NCBI GenBank assembly: GCA_012026655.1
Contig: JAAILG010000125.1
Location: 1 to 64,000 of the forward strand
Source: Hydrolagus affinis
Taxonomy: Eukaryota
DNA length: 64,000 bases
Direction: 5' to 3'
The position numbers were made by a program, and so were the translations under genes. Shown one piece after another: positions 1 to 24,260 of this stretch (its first letter is position 1; each line of letters starts with the position of its first letter). A model generated the notes under the pieces. It did not search any database. It was not told where the DNA came from and saw only the letters and a list, made by a program, of their open reading frames with translations.

Positions 1-92
1 CCTCCCTCTCCCCCCCGTCTCTCCCTCCCTCTCCCCCCCGTCTCTCCCTCCCTCTCCCCTCCTCGTATCTCCCTCCCTCTACCCCCACCCCT
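1..92. repeat. C/T-rich low-complexity minisatellite (CCTCCCTCTCCCCCCCGTCTCTC units)
   Basis: Degenerate ~23-nt tandem units visible directly; probably internal to the hAT element ending at 434. Confidence 0.8.
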
Positions 93-434
93 TGTATACC
101 TGTATATTGTATTCGAGGATTATGAATACAATATGGCGGCTTGCACCTCGGTCTGTGCATGGTGAGCATTCTGGGTCTTGTAGTTCAGTGTGCGTGCATT
201 CGGATGTGCGCGTGCATTCCATGCTCTAGGCCCAGGAGGTTGCAATGCTGGCAAAAGATCGCTTTATACCGATAATACCAATATATCGCCGGAAACGATA
301 TACCGATATTTACGATGTACCAATTTTTTTTTGATATATCGAATTTTTCGATGTATCGATATATTTTTAATTCCAATATCGGCATATCGATATGAAAATT
401 ATATCGGATATAACCGATATATCGCCAGACCCTA
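93..434 (+). mobile_element. Non-autonomous hAT-like DNA transposon, right part (left end outside the window)
   Basis: Ends ATATCGCCAGACCCTA (TAGGG-type TIR) with arrays of CGATAT/ATATCG subterminal repeats; shares internal sequence (GATGTGCGCG..GCCCAGGAGGTT..GCAATG) with 1367-1731. Confidence 0.75.
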
Positions 435-966
435 TCACATGCCTAAACAAGGTCCTGTTGTCAGACTGGTCATCTTTTGCTCATTTTTGCCTCCAAAACA
501 TTCTTTTCAATCTTTGTAATGTCCTGCAATAGCCTTTGGTCATTCAGCTAGATTTTTTGTTAAACTAAGTCCTCTATTCTGAAATAAATGTAGTTGATTG
601 TATTGCAGCTGTCACATAATGTGATTCAAACTGCAATCTGCACTAATGGTACAGGCTTCACATGTGCACATGATTGTTATTGTATTTTAAATAGTAGTAG
701 CTGTGTCGTTAAAAATTGTATCATTTTTAAATCATTAGTTTGCAACTTTCCTCAAGCTTTTGTGAAATTCAAGCATGCTGCTTATTGATTGATTACTATA
801 CAGCTACTTTACAATTTTTTTGATACTATTGTAGTTTATTGCACAACTGAAATGGCAACATCCCAGCCAATTGTATTGCATTTTTGAACTATAACTTGCA
901 TGGCATGTTATGAAGTTACCATCGTTTGAAAATCACTACATTTTGAATAACAAGATGGAACAATTA

Positions 967-1045
967 CAGTAAAAGCCCGTTTATCCGTGACCCGATCAAC
1001 TGTAGCTTCCTCAAAAAAAAGGTCCCCATTCGATTAACCGAAATT
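967..1045 (-). mobile_element. Truncated end of a Tc1/mariner (pogo/Tigger-like) MITE
   Basis: TA|CAGTAAAAGCCCGTTTATCCGTGACCCGATCAAC...GGTCCCCATTCGATTAA is a close reverse complement of 3435-3519, with one short deletion. Confidence 0.85.
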
Positions 1046-1366
1046 TATTAATGTATTTTTTTTTTAAATTGTGTTTTCATACATATTTCATACATATTTA
1101 GTAGGAAGTAAATTTATCAGTTATTACACACAGTAATATCTAAGAAAAGAACATCAGATTGAATTTTGGAAGGGCACTGTATGGTTTTAACAAAGATTAT
1201 ACTTTGTACTAATTTGATTGCAGTGGACACTGTTTTTCATTATTTAGAATGACTCACTGTGGTTACTCACATTACCAAACACTGTTTTACTCAGCTATTA
1301 CTAAATTAAAGCTCAGCTTGTCTTGTAGTTTTGAATAAGAATAGATCTTAAAAAATCAGTTACAAG

Positions 1367-1731
1367 GAGTGTCCGGTGATATGGAATTTTTCCGATATCG
1401 ATATATTGGTGGGCTCATGTCGATATATACCGATATATCGATATCACCAGGTTTTTTTATCCTGTCCATTCAGATGTGCGCGCGCATTCCGATATGCGTG
1501 CTCTATGCCCAGGAGGTTTGCAATGCCGGCGACAAGGTATGTTGAAAAAGTTCGTATTATACCGATATAACCGATATATCGATATATCGCCAGACACTAT
1601 ATACCGATGTTTTGTGATATACTGATTTTTTTTATACCAAATTTTTTGATATACTGATATATTCAAATTTCCAATATCGGCATATCGATATGAAAAATTA
1701 TACCGATATATCGATATATCGCTGGACACTA
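1367..1731 (+). mobile_element. Complete non-autonomous hAT MITE (365 bp)
   Basis: TIRs GAGTGTCCGGTGATAT / ATATCGCTGGACACTA (13/16); 8-bp TSD GTTACAAG (1359-1366) / GTTTCAAG (1732-1739); CGATAT subterminal repeats. Confidence 0.9.
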
Positions 1732-2918
1732 GTTTCAAGAGATGGTATGATATCACTTACACAATGGAGATGGTATCAATGTTTATTTGATCCAAGCATG
1801 AAACTTGTCAGTTTGACCTCCAGTGTGACATTATGTGGGACTTGTAAAACTATCATGATTTTGTGACATTTAAATCTAATGAGTATCTTATACGTTATGA
1901 ACCCTGTTCTTTAAAATCCATTTGCGTCATTCCTATATTGTTTACTAATTGGGAGATTTTCATGACTGGATTTCAACTCTTGGTTCACTTTCGCATTTAG
2001 TAAAAAAGATTGTCCAGGTGAGTAGAGGTGTTCGCAGATGTTATTTTTAAGATGTTTTAAAAACATCACTAAATTATTTGTCACGCAATTATATAGTATC
2101 TATATATCATTTGCCAGTTTGTGTAAGAATTATTTATCACTCAATTTAATCAATTATTCAGATGATTATTTCTCAAACTTGTTGAATATGTTGAAAAGTT
2201 CTTGTTCTGTATCAGTTGCAATTGATACTATATTCCACATCCTGCTCTGCATGATCAAACCAGCTCTGAAACCTAGTGATTGTAGTGATTCCACCTCTAA
2301 GGGCTATGTATAAACGTGAAATTAACTTAATTAATAGAGATTTCAGTCACATTGGAAATTATTTTACAATTTGTAGCCAAATTTACTGGCATGCTTACTT
2401 GAGGACTTTGGGGTTGGAGATTACAGAACATTTCGTTAATTCTTTAATGTCCAGAGTGCATTATTCTGCTTGGTATTACATTTTCCAGCAATATTTTAAA
2501 ACCTGGGTTATAGATATGATTGCTTTTTAATAGATCCAATCGACATCTCAAGAACTTTTATTTTAGAAGGTACAGGCACTACAACACTTAACACCTCATC
2601 TAGACTTTTTCATCCTATAATTCTCTCAATGAACATCAATTATCTAAAATAGCCTTTTGTGTACAATCCACACAATCCTTTGTGTCAATTAATGTGCAAC
2701 AACACTGGGAGAGTTGGGGGTGGGGGGGGGGGATTATTCTGAATTTGTTCATTTTTTTGCCAGTAGTAGTTTTTCATTTACACTGTTTTTATATTGATCT
2801 GCAGTTGATTACAGAGAAATTTGTTGTTTCATATATGGCTGTTTTGTCACAACATTTAATTTTCCCATGATAGAGAAAAAAAGCATGGTTGGCTGGTTTA
2901 AAACAAAATTACTGTATA

Positions 2919-3519
2919 CAGTAAAAGCCTGTTTATCCGGCACCCTTGGGACCTGGCCAATGCCGGTTAAAGCTCGTGCCGGATATTCGGCTGAAAACCC
3001 AATACAAAAAATGTTTTAAACATTTTTTAAAAATACCATATTAATAATAGACTAAATAATAACAATATTGCATGGATACTTACCAATAAAGCAATAAATA
3101 TAGATTACTGTATAAACACAGCCCACAATCTAAAGTTTTTTTTCTTTCTCTCCCTCCTTCCCTCTCATTCATACACACACACAGCCAGTCTAGCATCTCA
3201 ATGGCTCCAAACCCAACCCCCTCCTCTCATTTTCCATCTAAATTAATCAAATCCCCCACCCTCTCTCTCCCCCACCTGTCTCTCCTGCCCCCTCTTTCCC
3301 TCTCTTTCTCCCATCCTACTGCAGCATTCAAAAGTAATCATACTAAACTCGTTGTGAGGGGAAAAAACAGCAGTGCTACCTTCAGGCACTAGTAGCAACA
3401 TACTGAAATATTGACTGTGATTGACAAGACCCGATTAATCGAATGGGGACCTTTTTTTTAAGGTGCCGATTATATGGAAGTTACGGTTGATCGGGTCACG
3501 GATAAACAGGCTTTTACTG
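2919..3519 (+). mobile_element. Complete Tc1/mariner (pogo/Tigger-like) MITE, 601 bp
   Basis: Perfect 21-bp TIR CAGTAAAAGCCTGTTTATCCG / CGGATAAACAGGCTTTTACTG; TA TSD on both sides; no transposase ORF. Confidence 0.92.
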
Positions 3520-3667
3520 TATTAACTTTTAACTGATCCATAATTCTAATGCTTTACTTGCAATGCTGTGAGGTACTAATTTAGACTAAAAGCAAATCTT
3601 CATTGATAAATGAGCACTTAATCAGCTTCCTTTAATACTGTCATAATGAAACTTTTCATAATTGCAG

Positions 3668-16087
<12,420 letters not shown>

Positions 16088-19000
16088 ACTATGGACCTTT
16101 AAATATGCAAAGAAGCAACTTAAATTATTACATGTGAAGGAATGTCCTAGATGCATAAAATAAATGAGAATGTTGCAGCAAAATAATCTGCAGTGTTATA
16201 TATGTCCAATATTTCTGAAGTCTCTACTGCTGTGGTTGATTATAAGGCTCCCTTTAAAAGCTTTTGCCTTTAAAATGAAGCTTTGATGATGGTCTGTAAA
16301 TGTATACTACATTTTCTTTGAATTAACTTTGAAAATGTTCCCACCTATTGATAAAACATAATATTTTTTAGAATAATATTGATAGGTTCACTATTACAAA
16401 TATACATCAACCATCCTCAGAAAGTTGCTGAACTGTCAAGTAAAAAAACAAACTTGCATGTTGGCCATTTAACACATTGCTTGGACAAACTTCCATTAAT
16501 TATAATGGAACAGTAAATCTGCTGACTTGCTTCCCAAGAGTCTTAGTGCTTTTGGTTCAATTAGTTTTCTGCTTAACATTTTAAGGCTTGTGAATGAGAA
16601 GTATTACCAAAAATGGTGTAGAACACAGCTCACATCAGTAAACCGTACCTTGTGTATATATTTTTATATCTACAGGACCAAATTTGCTGTATTTTGCTCT
16701 TCAGCTTTGATGCATTCTTGAAGTGTTTGGGTTCCCTAAATTGGTTAATATTAAATCAAAACAACTTATTTAAAGGACTGTGTTGTCTGAGTAGAATTGG
16801 TTGTTTGGAAGTATATTGTTATAGATTGCATGCAGATTCTTTCTTCGTCATTGAAATTTAACCGAATAGAAGCAAACTGGCAAAGTGGAAGAAAAACATG
16901 GGTGTGTTTAGCTAGCTATGCTAGTTTTATGCACCTAATGCTTGTTCAAGAGCATTAGCAAAGGTCTGAACAGATTGCCTTTGTGCCTTTGAAAGTCATG
17001 GGGGCAGGTTGGGAATCTAAATAACAGTGGAGAAGATAAAATTATTCATCATCTCTACATGGATTAATTGTTGTGATGCACTAGATTCTAATTTATATTC
17101 TGAATTTTGACTACAACTGAAGTAGGAAATGCACAAGATCATTATCACTATGTGAAACCAGTTGAGTTTGAGCTTGCATGTTTAATTTGTATTTGATAAG
17201 AACACAGGTATGCATTATGAATGGCACATGAAAAATGGGAATTACTCTTGGGATTACAGAAATGACTTTTTAAACAATTGGCCACAGATTCGCATCCCAT
17301 AAACTCCACAATTAGAAACATTTTCAATAATTGCTAAGGCGTTTTACTCCAGGGGAATAGAAAATTAGCTCCTATCCTTTACACTCGACCTTTTAAGAGT
17401 AGACATCATCCAAACTGAACAGTTACAAACCAAATCCCATCTCGATAAACAAACTGGTTCAAAACAAGTGAATTATTGGACAGAGGAAGGGATGATGCAC
17501 AATCTATCCTGCCTGACAGTTTAACAGAGAGGACTTAACAATAGCAACAATGCAAAAAGGACTAGGCTCAGTCCAAAGAAAGATGCTTAAACCTCAGTCC
17601 ATTGGTACCTCTTACTATCATTTTCAATATTTAAGGGTGGGAAACTTTAAATACAATATTTTCTGACAATACAATAAGATGTCCAAACTGATTGTGAAAC
17701 TAGTTGAGACTTCAGTCAGATGAACTGGAGGCAAGACATGTTTTAATCACCAATAATGGAAAGTCGAGAGAGAGAGAGAGATGGCAGAATATGGAGTTGG
17801 AAAGTGAGACAATCACTGAAATTTTATTTGGATCCAGTGGTTTCCTAAAGGTCCCATTATGCAAATGAGGTGGCCTTACTATGCAATTCGTGGATTGCTA
17901 TGGTCTGGAACATTGTGAACAAAGAGGTTTTTAGCCGACAGAAGAGCAACAAGGAAAGTGAAAGATTAACTTACTGAACAACAAGAAAATGACATTTGTA
18001 TCGTGCCTTTCACGTCGGGAGGATGTACCAAGGCCGTGAACTGTACAGAATAGCACTTTAACCTTAACTAATTTATTCAATGAAGTTCATGGAGCAAAAT
18101 ACATACCACATTTGGGGCAGAGGAAAGGGAGCTTTGTTCTACCTTGTCCAAGCTTTAACTTTTTAAGTATCTACAACAAGAACAACTTGTATTGATGTAG
18201 CGCACTTCATGCAGAGTGCTTATCTGTTGCTGAACATCAGTAAGTTTTGATAAATGTGTACAGAAATCATGAACTATATATATTAAAACATTTAATCCTT
18301 GATAAACAAGTTGTTTTAAAACATTTCAGTGATATATAAATAGGCATCCTATAAATTCTTTTGGTGTTATTTGAAAAATAAACTGAGTTCAAAGTGACAA
18401 TACATAATGCTGCAACATTTTGGATTAAATGGTAAATGTATCAAGTCACTGTTTAATGTTTATTTTAAAACAGTGTTTAAACATTTCACGATTGTATTTG
18501 TATTCAGTCCCAATTCAATCGAGGAGTTTGGTGCCGTTTTAAAATATGGTGAACATGCATGTGGCTTGTGTAACAAGCTTGCAAATATATAGGTAGAGCA
18601 AGCTAATTTAGTAACTTTTACAGTCGATTTTTGTTGATAATGTTTCCTTGTAACAACATCAAAGCATATTCAATTTTAAAGTTTACAAGTGATGTGCGCA
18701 CAACCATTGTGGCTCTTGCCCTTTTTTTTATTAAAGCCTATTTTTATTTCTAGCGAGGATCAATAATTCTTGTAATATTTTATATGCTTGTAAGCAATGA
18801 ATCAGGGATAGTGACAACAGTTTTGATTCTTAAATCATATAAACTTAGATTTGCAGCTGCACAGTCGACTGGATTGGCTTGATTCAAAAGAAAATTTAAT
18901 TTTGAATGCATTTTTATGTTTTATTTTAAATGGGTTCCAGTTGTTTTGAGAACTCCATTCTCTTTAAGTTCCAATGGGTAGGAAGCTAACTTTATTTATA

Positions 19001-19320
19001 AAGAAATGTTTTAATTAGTGTAGTTTGGATCAAGCTTCACTTTGGTTGTGGCAAAGGCTATAATAGATTTGGCAGTAGCTAATGTTTTAGATGTTTGAGA
19101 CTGACATGAATGTCAGCTATATTGTTTGAGTACTTTCTTTCCCTCGAGTTGTTTGTTTTCAAGCGGTGTGTATTAATCCGTTGTCAGGCCTTACATGAAA
19201 CAAACCAAAAGTATTTAGTGGAATTTTTTCATAATGTGTTTGTTTAAAACTCATGTATAGTTGTTTCCATCTGTACCAAATGTTCAGATTTTAAAATTAA
19301 AAAGAATGATTTACATTGAA
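16088..19320 (+). other. CYLD: Probable CYLD 3' UTR (3' end undetermined)
   Basis: AT/U-rich sequence after the stop codon. Candidate polyA signals: AATAAA 16159-16164 and 18377-18382, ATTAAA 18730-18735 and near 19296. Mammalian CYLD has a multi-kb 3' UTR. Confidence 0.45.
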
Positions 19321-20081
19321 ATAGAATTGTAGTTTCGGCCATTATAACTAGATGGAGAAACATTCAGTGCTGGTAATACCACAACTCTTATTTGGTCCTG
19401 AATCAAATAATTTAACCACAACTACAATTAATATTTTATGAGGAATTGACGAGTAGATTTATCCTGAACCCTATTCTGCTAACAAAAAGGCAGATTGCAT
19501 ATGATACTGAACAGAGGATCAGCCTTTTAAATCTCATTTATGCAGGATTTCCCTTAAATAAATGGTTACATTAGCATCAACTGCCATAGCTGGGAGTCTG
19601 TTCTGCACATCACTATTCAGAGGAGAATCTTAACTAATAATAATAATACTTGCATTTGATAGAGCGTCTTACATGAGTAAGATGCCTAAAAGCACTTCAT
19701 TAAATATATTGTAAAGTGGAGTGATTGTATTTTGAATTTTACTTAAATCTGCATCCACTAATAAGCACACACAGTCTTATATTTCCATGCACATTATTTG
19801 TGCCCAGTCACATCTTAAAAATCTGCATCCTGTTACACCCTCTCCACAATTATTCATTTGAAACCAAATCTTGAATCCCAGATTAATTGATGTGCTCTCT
19901 GAGCTCTGCTATGTTTCTTAAACTTTTGAAGGTGCTCACAATATTCCAAATGTCAACTCACCTTCAATATTGCAAACACAGAATAAAAATGTGTAAAGAT
20001 GAGCGCATTCTAGTCTCATCAAAGATTCCTTCCATCTTCATCACAGTTGCAATAAAGGCTCTTCTAAAATTCAAAAGACAT

Positions 20082-20175
20082 TAAGACCATAAGAACTAGA
20101 AGCAGGAGTAGGCCATTCGGCCCTTCGAGCCTGCCCCGCCATTCAATAAGATCATGGCTGATCTTCTGACCTAAC
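20082..20175 (-). mobile_element. CR1 LINE 3' terminus
   Basis: TAAGACCATAAGAACTAGAAGCAGGAGTAGGCCATTCGGCCCTTCGAGCCTGCCCCGCCATTCAATAAGATCATGGCTGATCT, the typical chondrichthyan CR1 end. Confidence 0.85.
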
Positions 20176-20325
20176 TCTAATTACCTGACATTAATGGAGG
20201 CTGATGTATACTTTGAATCCACTTCAGTAAAAACATTCTGGGCCGTTTCAATTAATTGCCTGCAAACATACCAGCAATCTTGTATCTGAGTAAAATGTTA
20301 AGCCCGTGTGAATAATCTACTTATT

Positions 20326-20339
20326 GTGCCATCTGCTGG
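20326..20339 (-). promoter_or_regulatory. Candidate CTCF site
   Basis: Minus strand CCAGCAGATGGCAC matches CCASYAGRKGGCRS at 14/14. Confidence 0.5.
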
Positions 20340-23300
20340 TATGTTTTAGAGTTGAATTGGTTAGAAAGATCAGTATTTATTCTTTCGCTCATGAGTTTAC
20401 AATATCTAGGTCTACACTAAAGGTGAAGTGTGAAATTAAATGTAGGTCAATTTGGGAGTTTTCGGTTCTCAATTTTTTTTAATGAAGATTGGTTGATCCT
20501 TCAGGGGTAGTGAAAGAAGCCAGACTTCTAACTTATATCAGATATAAAGGATGTGAGCTGAACATCACTAACACCTTTCAATTTCATGCTTCTTTAGGAA
20601 GGAGATGAAGGCAGTTATTAGCAAGCTAAATGAGTTTAGCGTTTCACCTGAAACTCACAATAGGTAATGTATCAAAAACACGTAGAGGTAGGGAGCTAAT
20701 GAGGTGTGAAGATTCAAAAGAACACAAATTGCTTCAAAAAGCATCATTAAAACGGTTGAAGTTGAGGTAAATTGAATAATTAACACATGCTGTCACAGTG
20801 TACTGTTGCACCTGGAGTGCTTCTCTCACCTGACACAAGCAGTCATTCTTGCACTGTAATACGTGTTAAACCACAAGGAACTGAACTTTTTAATGGGGCA
20901 TTGTGTTTGGTAATACTGCTGTGACTTCGAAGATGTGTCATTAAATCTGATCCAATAGTAGAATCATACAATCATAGAATCTTTCACTTTGAGAGGACCT
21001 TCCCAAAGTGCTTCATATGATTCACTGAAAACTCCAATGACTGGTGGTTCAGTGCAGTGATTCTGTGTTTTATGGGCAATGGTGAAACAACATTATTTAA
21101 TAAGGTATAATTTATACAGTATTTTTTAAAGAAAATACTCCCACAATCGTTTGATTTCACAGTTGTAGTTTAATGTGTCCAATCAAGTGAATAGGTTGGC
21201 ATTACTAGATAAATTTATCAGACAGCAAAACTAAAATGTTTTCAAGAGGGTCCACCTCACTGAGGCCACAGGTGAGAGTGTTTTAATAAATAATAATCCT
21301 TGCATTTGATATAGTGCTTTTCACATCTTCTAGACGTCTCAAAGTGCTGCCATGGAATATGCTGGAAAGTTTTGCCAAGATGAAAGCTATTTTTCTTGGA
21401 TACTTCAACCCATATTTAAAAAAAATCAGAATCACTTCCTCATCTGACACTTAAATAATACTGTATCATTGTAGCATCCCTTGGTTTGCCATTTATTCTT
21501 TAGGCGAACAGCGTTGAGTAGCAAGTCAAAACTACTTCCATTGGTTAGCTATCAATGGGAGAGGTCGGTGCATATTGCTTCTGCTTGACCATCAAAACTG
21601 TAGCACACAGTGAGTAACATATGGGATGTCAGGAAAAGAGTGTTAAGTGATGTGATAATCATCACTGCACTGGCCAATTCTAATTCCAGCTAATGACTTG
21701 TACTGGTTACAAAACCTTAAGTCTTACGCTAATTTGTAAATGCTTGTTTTAGCTCCTACATGCAGACTTTTACACAAAAGCCCACATGAATTCTAAAGAG
21801 AGCCGATGAAGCTGGTGAGCTCTACAACTAGACAATTTCTGTTTGCTGTGCATGTGATAACAAAATCCAACAGTGTCACTTCAAGAGCCAGAAGGTATGG
21901 GTGTCACAAGTGCAATGCTTGTGATTTGCCAGATTTCTGGATACGAGGGATGATCCCCCACCTCTCAAGAGGTCATGTTACCATGCATATCATTCAATAC
22001 GAAGGTGTTGCAGTTTATTAAAACTGTAGCTGGTGGTGCTTGCAGCAAACATAAATGAGCCTGTAATGGTCCATATGCTTTGATTTTTATTGGGTGATCC
22101 CTCAAGGGTTCAAAGCTTGAGTGCAAATAACAATACTTCAGGCCATCTGCTAGTGCATTATCAGCAATGGTTATATTCTCACATGCTCTGACTGACTGGC
22201 ATATGTTGTGGCATAAAGATGTAAAAAAAAGTGTTATAAGCCAGCTGCTGTGTCAACAAATACTTTTCAAATAGTCATTAACTTTCTCACACTGATCAGG
22301 GAATAACTGTACTGGAAATGATGGAAGCGGAGCCTTTTGATACCAGAGTGAAATCAGTTTTGAAGCCAGAGTGAAGGGGGGAGGGGTGTCGGGCAAGGTT
22401 CGGAGTGGGGGGGAGGGGAGAGGGGTACACTATGGGAAAGGGAAAGAAACGTTTTATATGATTCAGTGTCTGATCCACCTCTCTCTCACGTGAGAAAGTT
22501 GTTGGGAAATTTTTCACAGGAAATGTTTTCAGGTTTGTTCTGTTCTCCTTCGGGGAGCGTCTTCACGTGCAGTCGTTGGAACTGTTTCAGGGAATTTCGG
22601 CAAAACATTCTGTTCCAAATGTCACCATCGTTCTACAGAACAGTGTGAGAACAGATCACAGCCATTTCATCCAAGACGAGCATTTGCGATTCACTTCCCA
22701 TTTATTGCGTTCTCGAACCAAAAGGCTTCTCACACGGAGGAGCAAAGAGGTGTGTGGGGACTAAAAATTCAAAGAAAGTAACAGTGAATAAAGGAGTAGC
22801 AACCCTCGAAAGGTTATTCCAAACACTTAAAATATGTGCCACTGTCATATGTATGTTATCATGTGATTAAAGGCACAATTAGTAAGGCAGAGACATTGCT
22901 GCATTGTAATTTCTTCTATTCGAGTTCCCTTCACTCCATCTTCATGTATAAAATGCCGTCGAGCCAGACAAAGATAAAAGAAATCCAGTATAATAGATAG
23001 CTTGGAGTTAAAAGGCTAGAACCTAATTGAGGTGTTCTAATTTCGTCAGAAACCCCAGGAGTCAAACAACGGCAGCACAAGCAGCTCTGCTAAAACGCTG
23101 AGATTAAGTTACAACCTCTAACACATCCATTCTCTGTTGTCCACTATTTTATGTAGCGTACAAGTCTTTTAAGAGTTAAATATTTTACTTGTGGGGGTGG
23201 GTGGGGCGGAGAGAAACTGCTGTGTTTATTCATGTATTCTAAGGTATTTCTGTTCTGTGAATGACATTCAGAGAGTGCATTGGCTTCCTTTCTCGAACTA

Positions 23301-24059
23301 TTACTAAAGGACTGTAAATAAGTATTCAAGTAAAACACAAGCATGGATTTGTGTTATCCATGTGAAACAGTGTCTATGCTTGTGCTGAAACAAGGAAACG
23401 TGATGTCTCGGCTCTAGTTTATTGCGCCAGAGTTGTTTTGAAACATAAGAGTGAGAAATGGTGAATAAGAGTCTTTGTGATCCTCAATTGTCCTGAAACA
23501 CTGGGATCCAATGGATTACACCAACAACAGCAACAAGTTATATTTGTACAGTGCCTTTCATGTCAGGAGGATGTCCCAAGGAGCTGGACGGTCAGGGATT
23601 TGGAGTTTACCAAACTCCATAATTGATTTATTGCCCAGACTGCAAACAATGCGTCTGGGAAGTAATATTTATGGAACAAATTATGTTTTGTTTTAAAATA
23701 ATTTATATATAATATTTGAGAATTATACTACAAGCAGCTGGGTCCCCATAAAAAGTACCATACTGTATATGTTGCGCTTTCAAGGGTTATTCTCTACTGT
23801 CAGCAAGTGTAACAACCTTTGGCAGAAAGCCCTTATTATTCTCCACTTTATGGCAAATTTCCAATTTTAAGCACATGCTGCCAAAAGTTGGTAAATTTAC
23901 CAAGCAGCGGAGATTAACCTCTTGTGTCTCATTTTCATCTTCAAGTGACTTGGAGAACAATTTGACTTGGATGCAGGGCAGAGGAGAGCAATGGGGTGCT
24001 CAGTGTTAGATGAAAGAGGTATGAGGAACAATTGTATGAGATAATGCTCTTCAACCTTA

Positions 24060-24260
24060 TAGTTAATTGCCCCCTGAGTAAAGAAAAGCTTCCTGGTCTC
24101 CGTCCTGAAATTGTTCTCTGCAATTTTAAGCATATGTCCTCTTGTTCTGTTGTCTTGGTACAACTGGAAACGTTGTTCTGGGTTAACTTTTTTGAATCCC
24201 ATTTAAAATGTTAATCAGCTCCCTGAGTGGTCTTTCAAGTGCCCTGTGTCTTTCAAAGAG
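24060..24260 (-). mobile_element. CR1 LINE ORF2 fragment
   Basis: Minus-strand translation GFKKVNPEQRFQL..RTRGHMLKI..FRTETRKLFFTQ. Confidence 0.8.

Noticed and set aside
185-1756. ORFs rich in Y/R/I/D (185-385, 190-519, 1376-1570, 1457-1756)
   Set aside because: They are translations of the CGATAT subterminal repeats of hAT MITEs, not proteins. The repeats lack spacer structure, so they are not CRISPR-like.
3646-3667. ATG-initiated N-terminus MKLFIIA of the 159-aa ORF
   Set aside because: Intronic sequence upstream of the ttgcag acceptor; the real exon starts at 3668.
17855-17870. Octamer ATGCAAAT sites (also near 25847 and 37719)
   Set aside because: No adjacent full Sox half-site or snRNA gene; single octamers are common.
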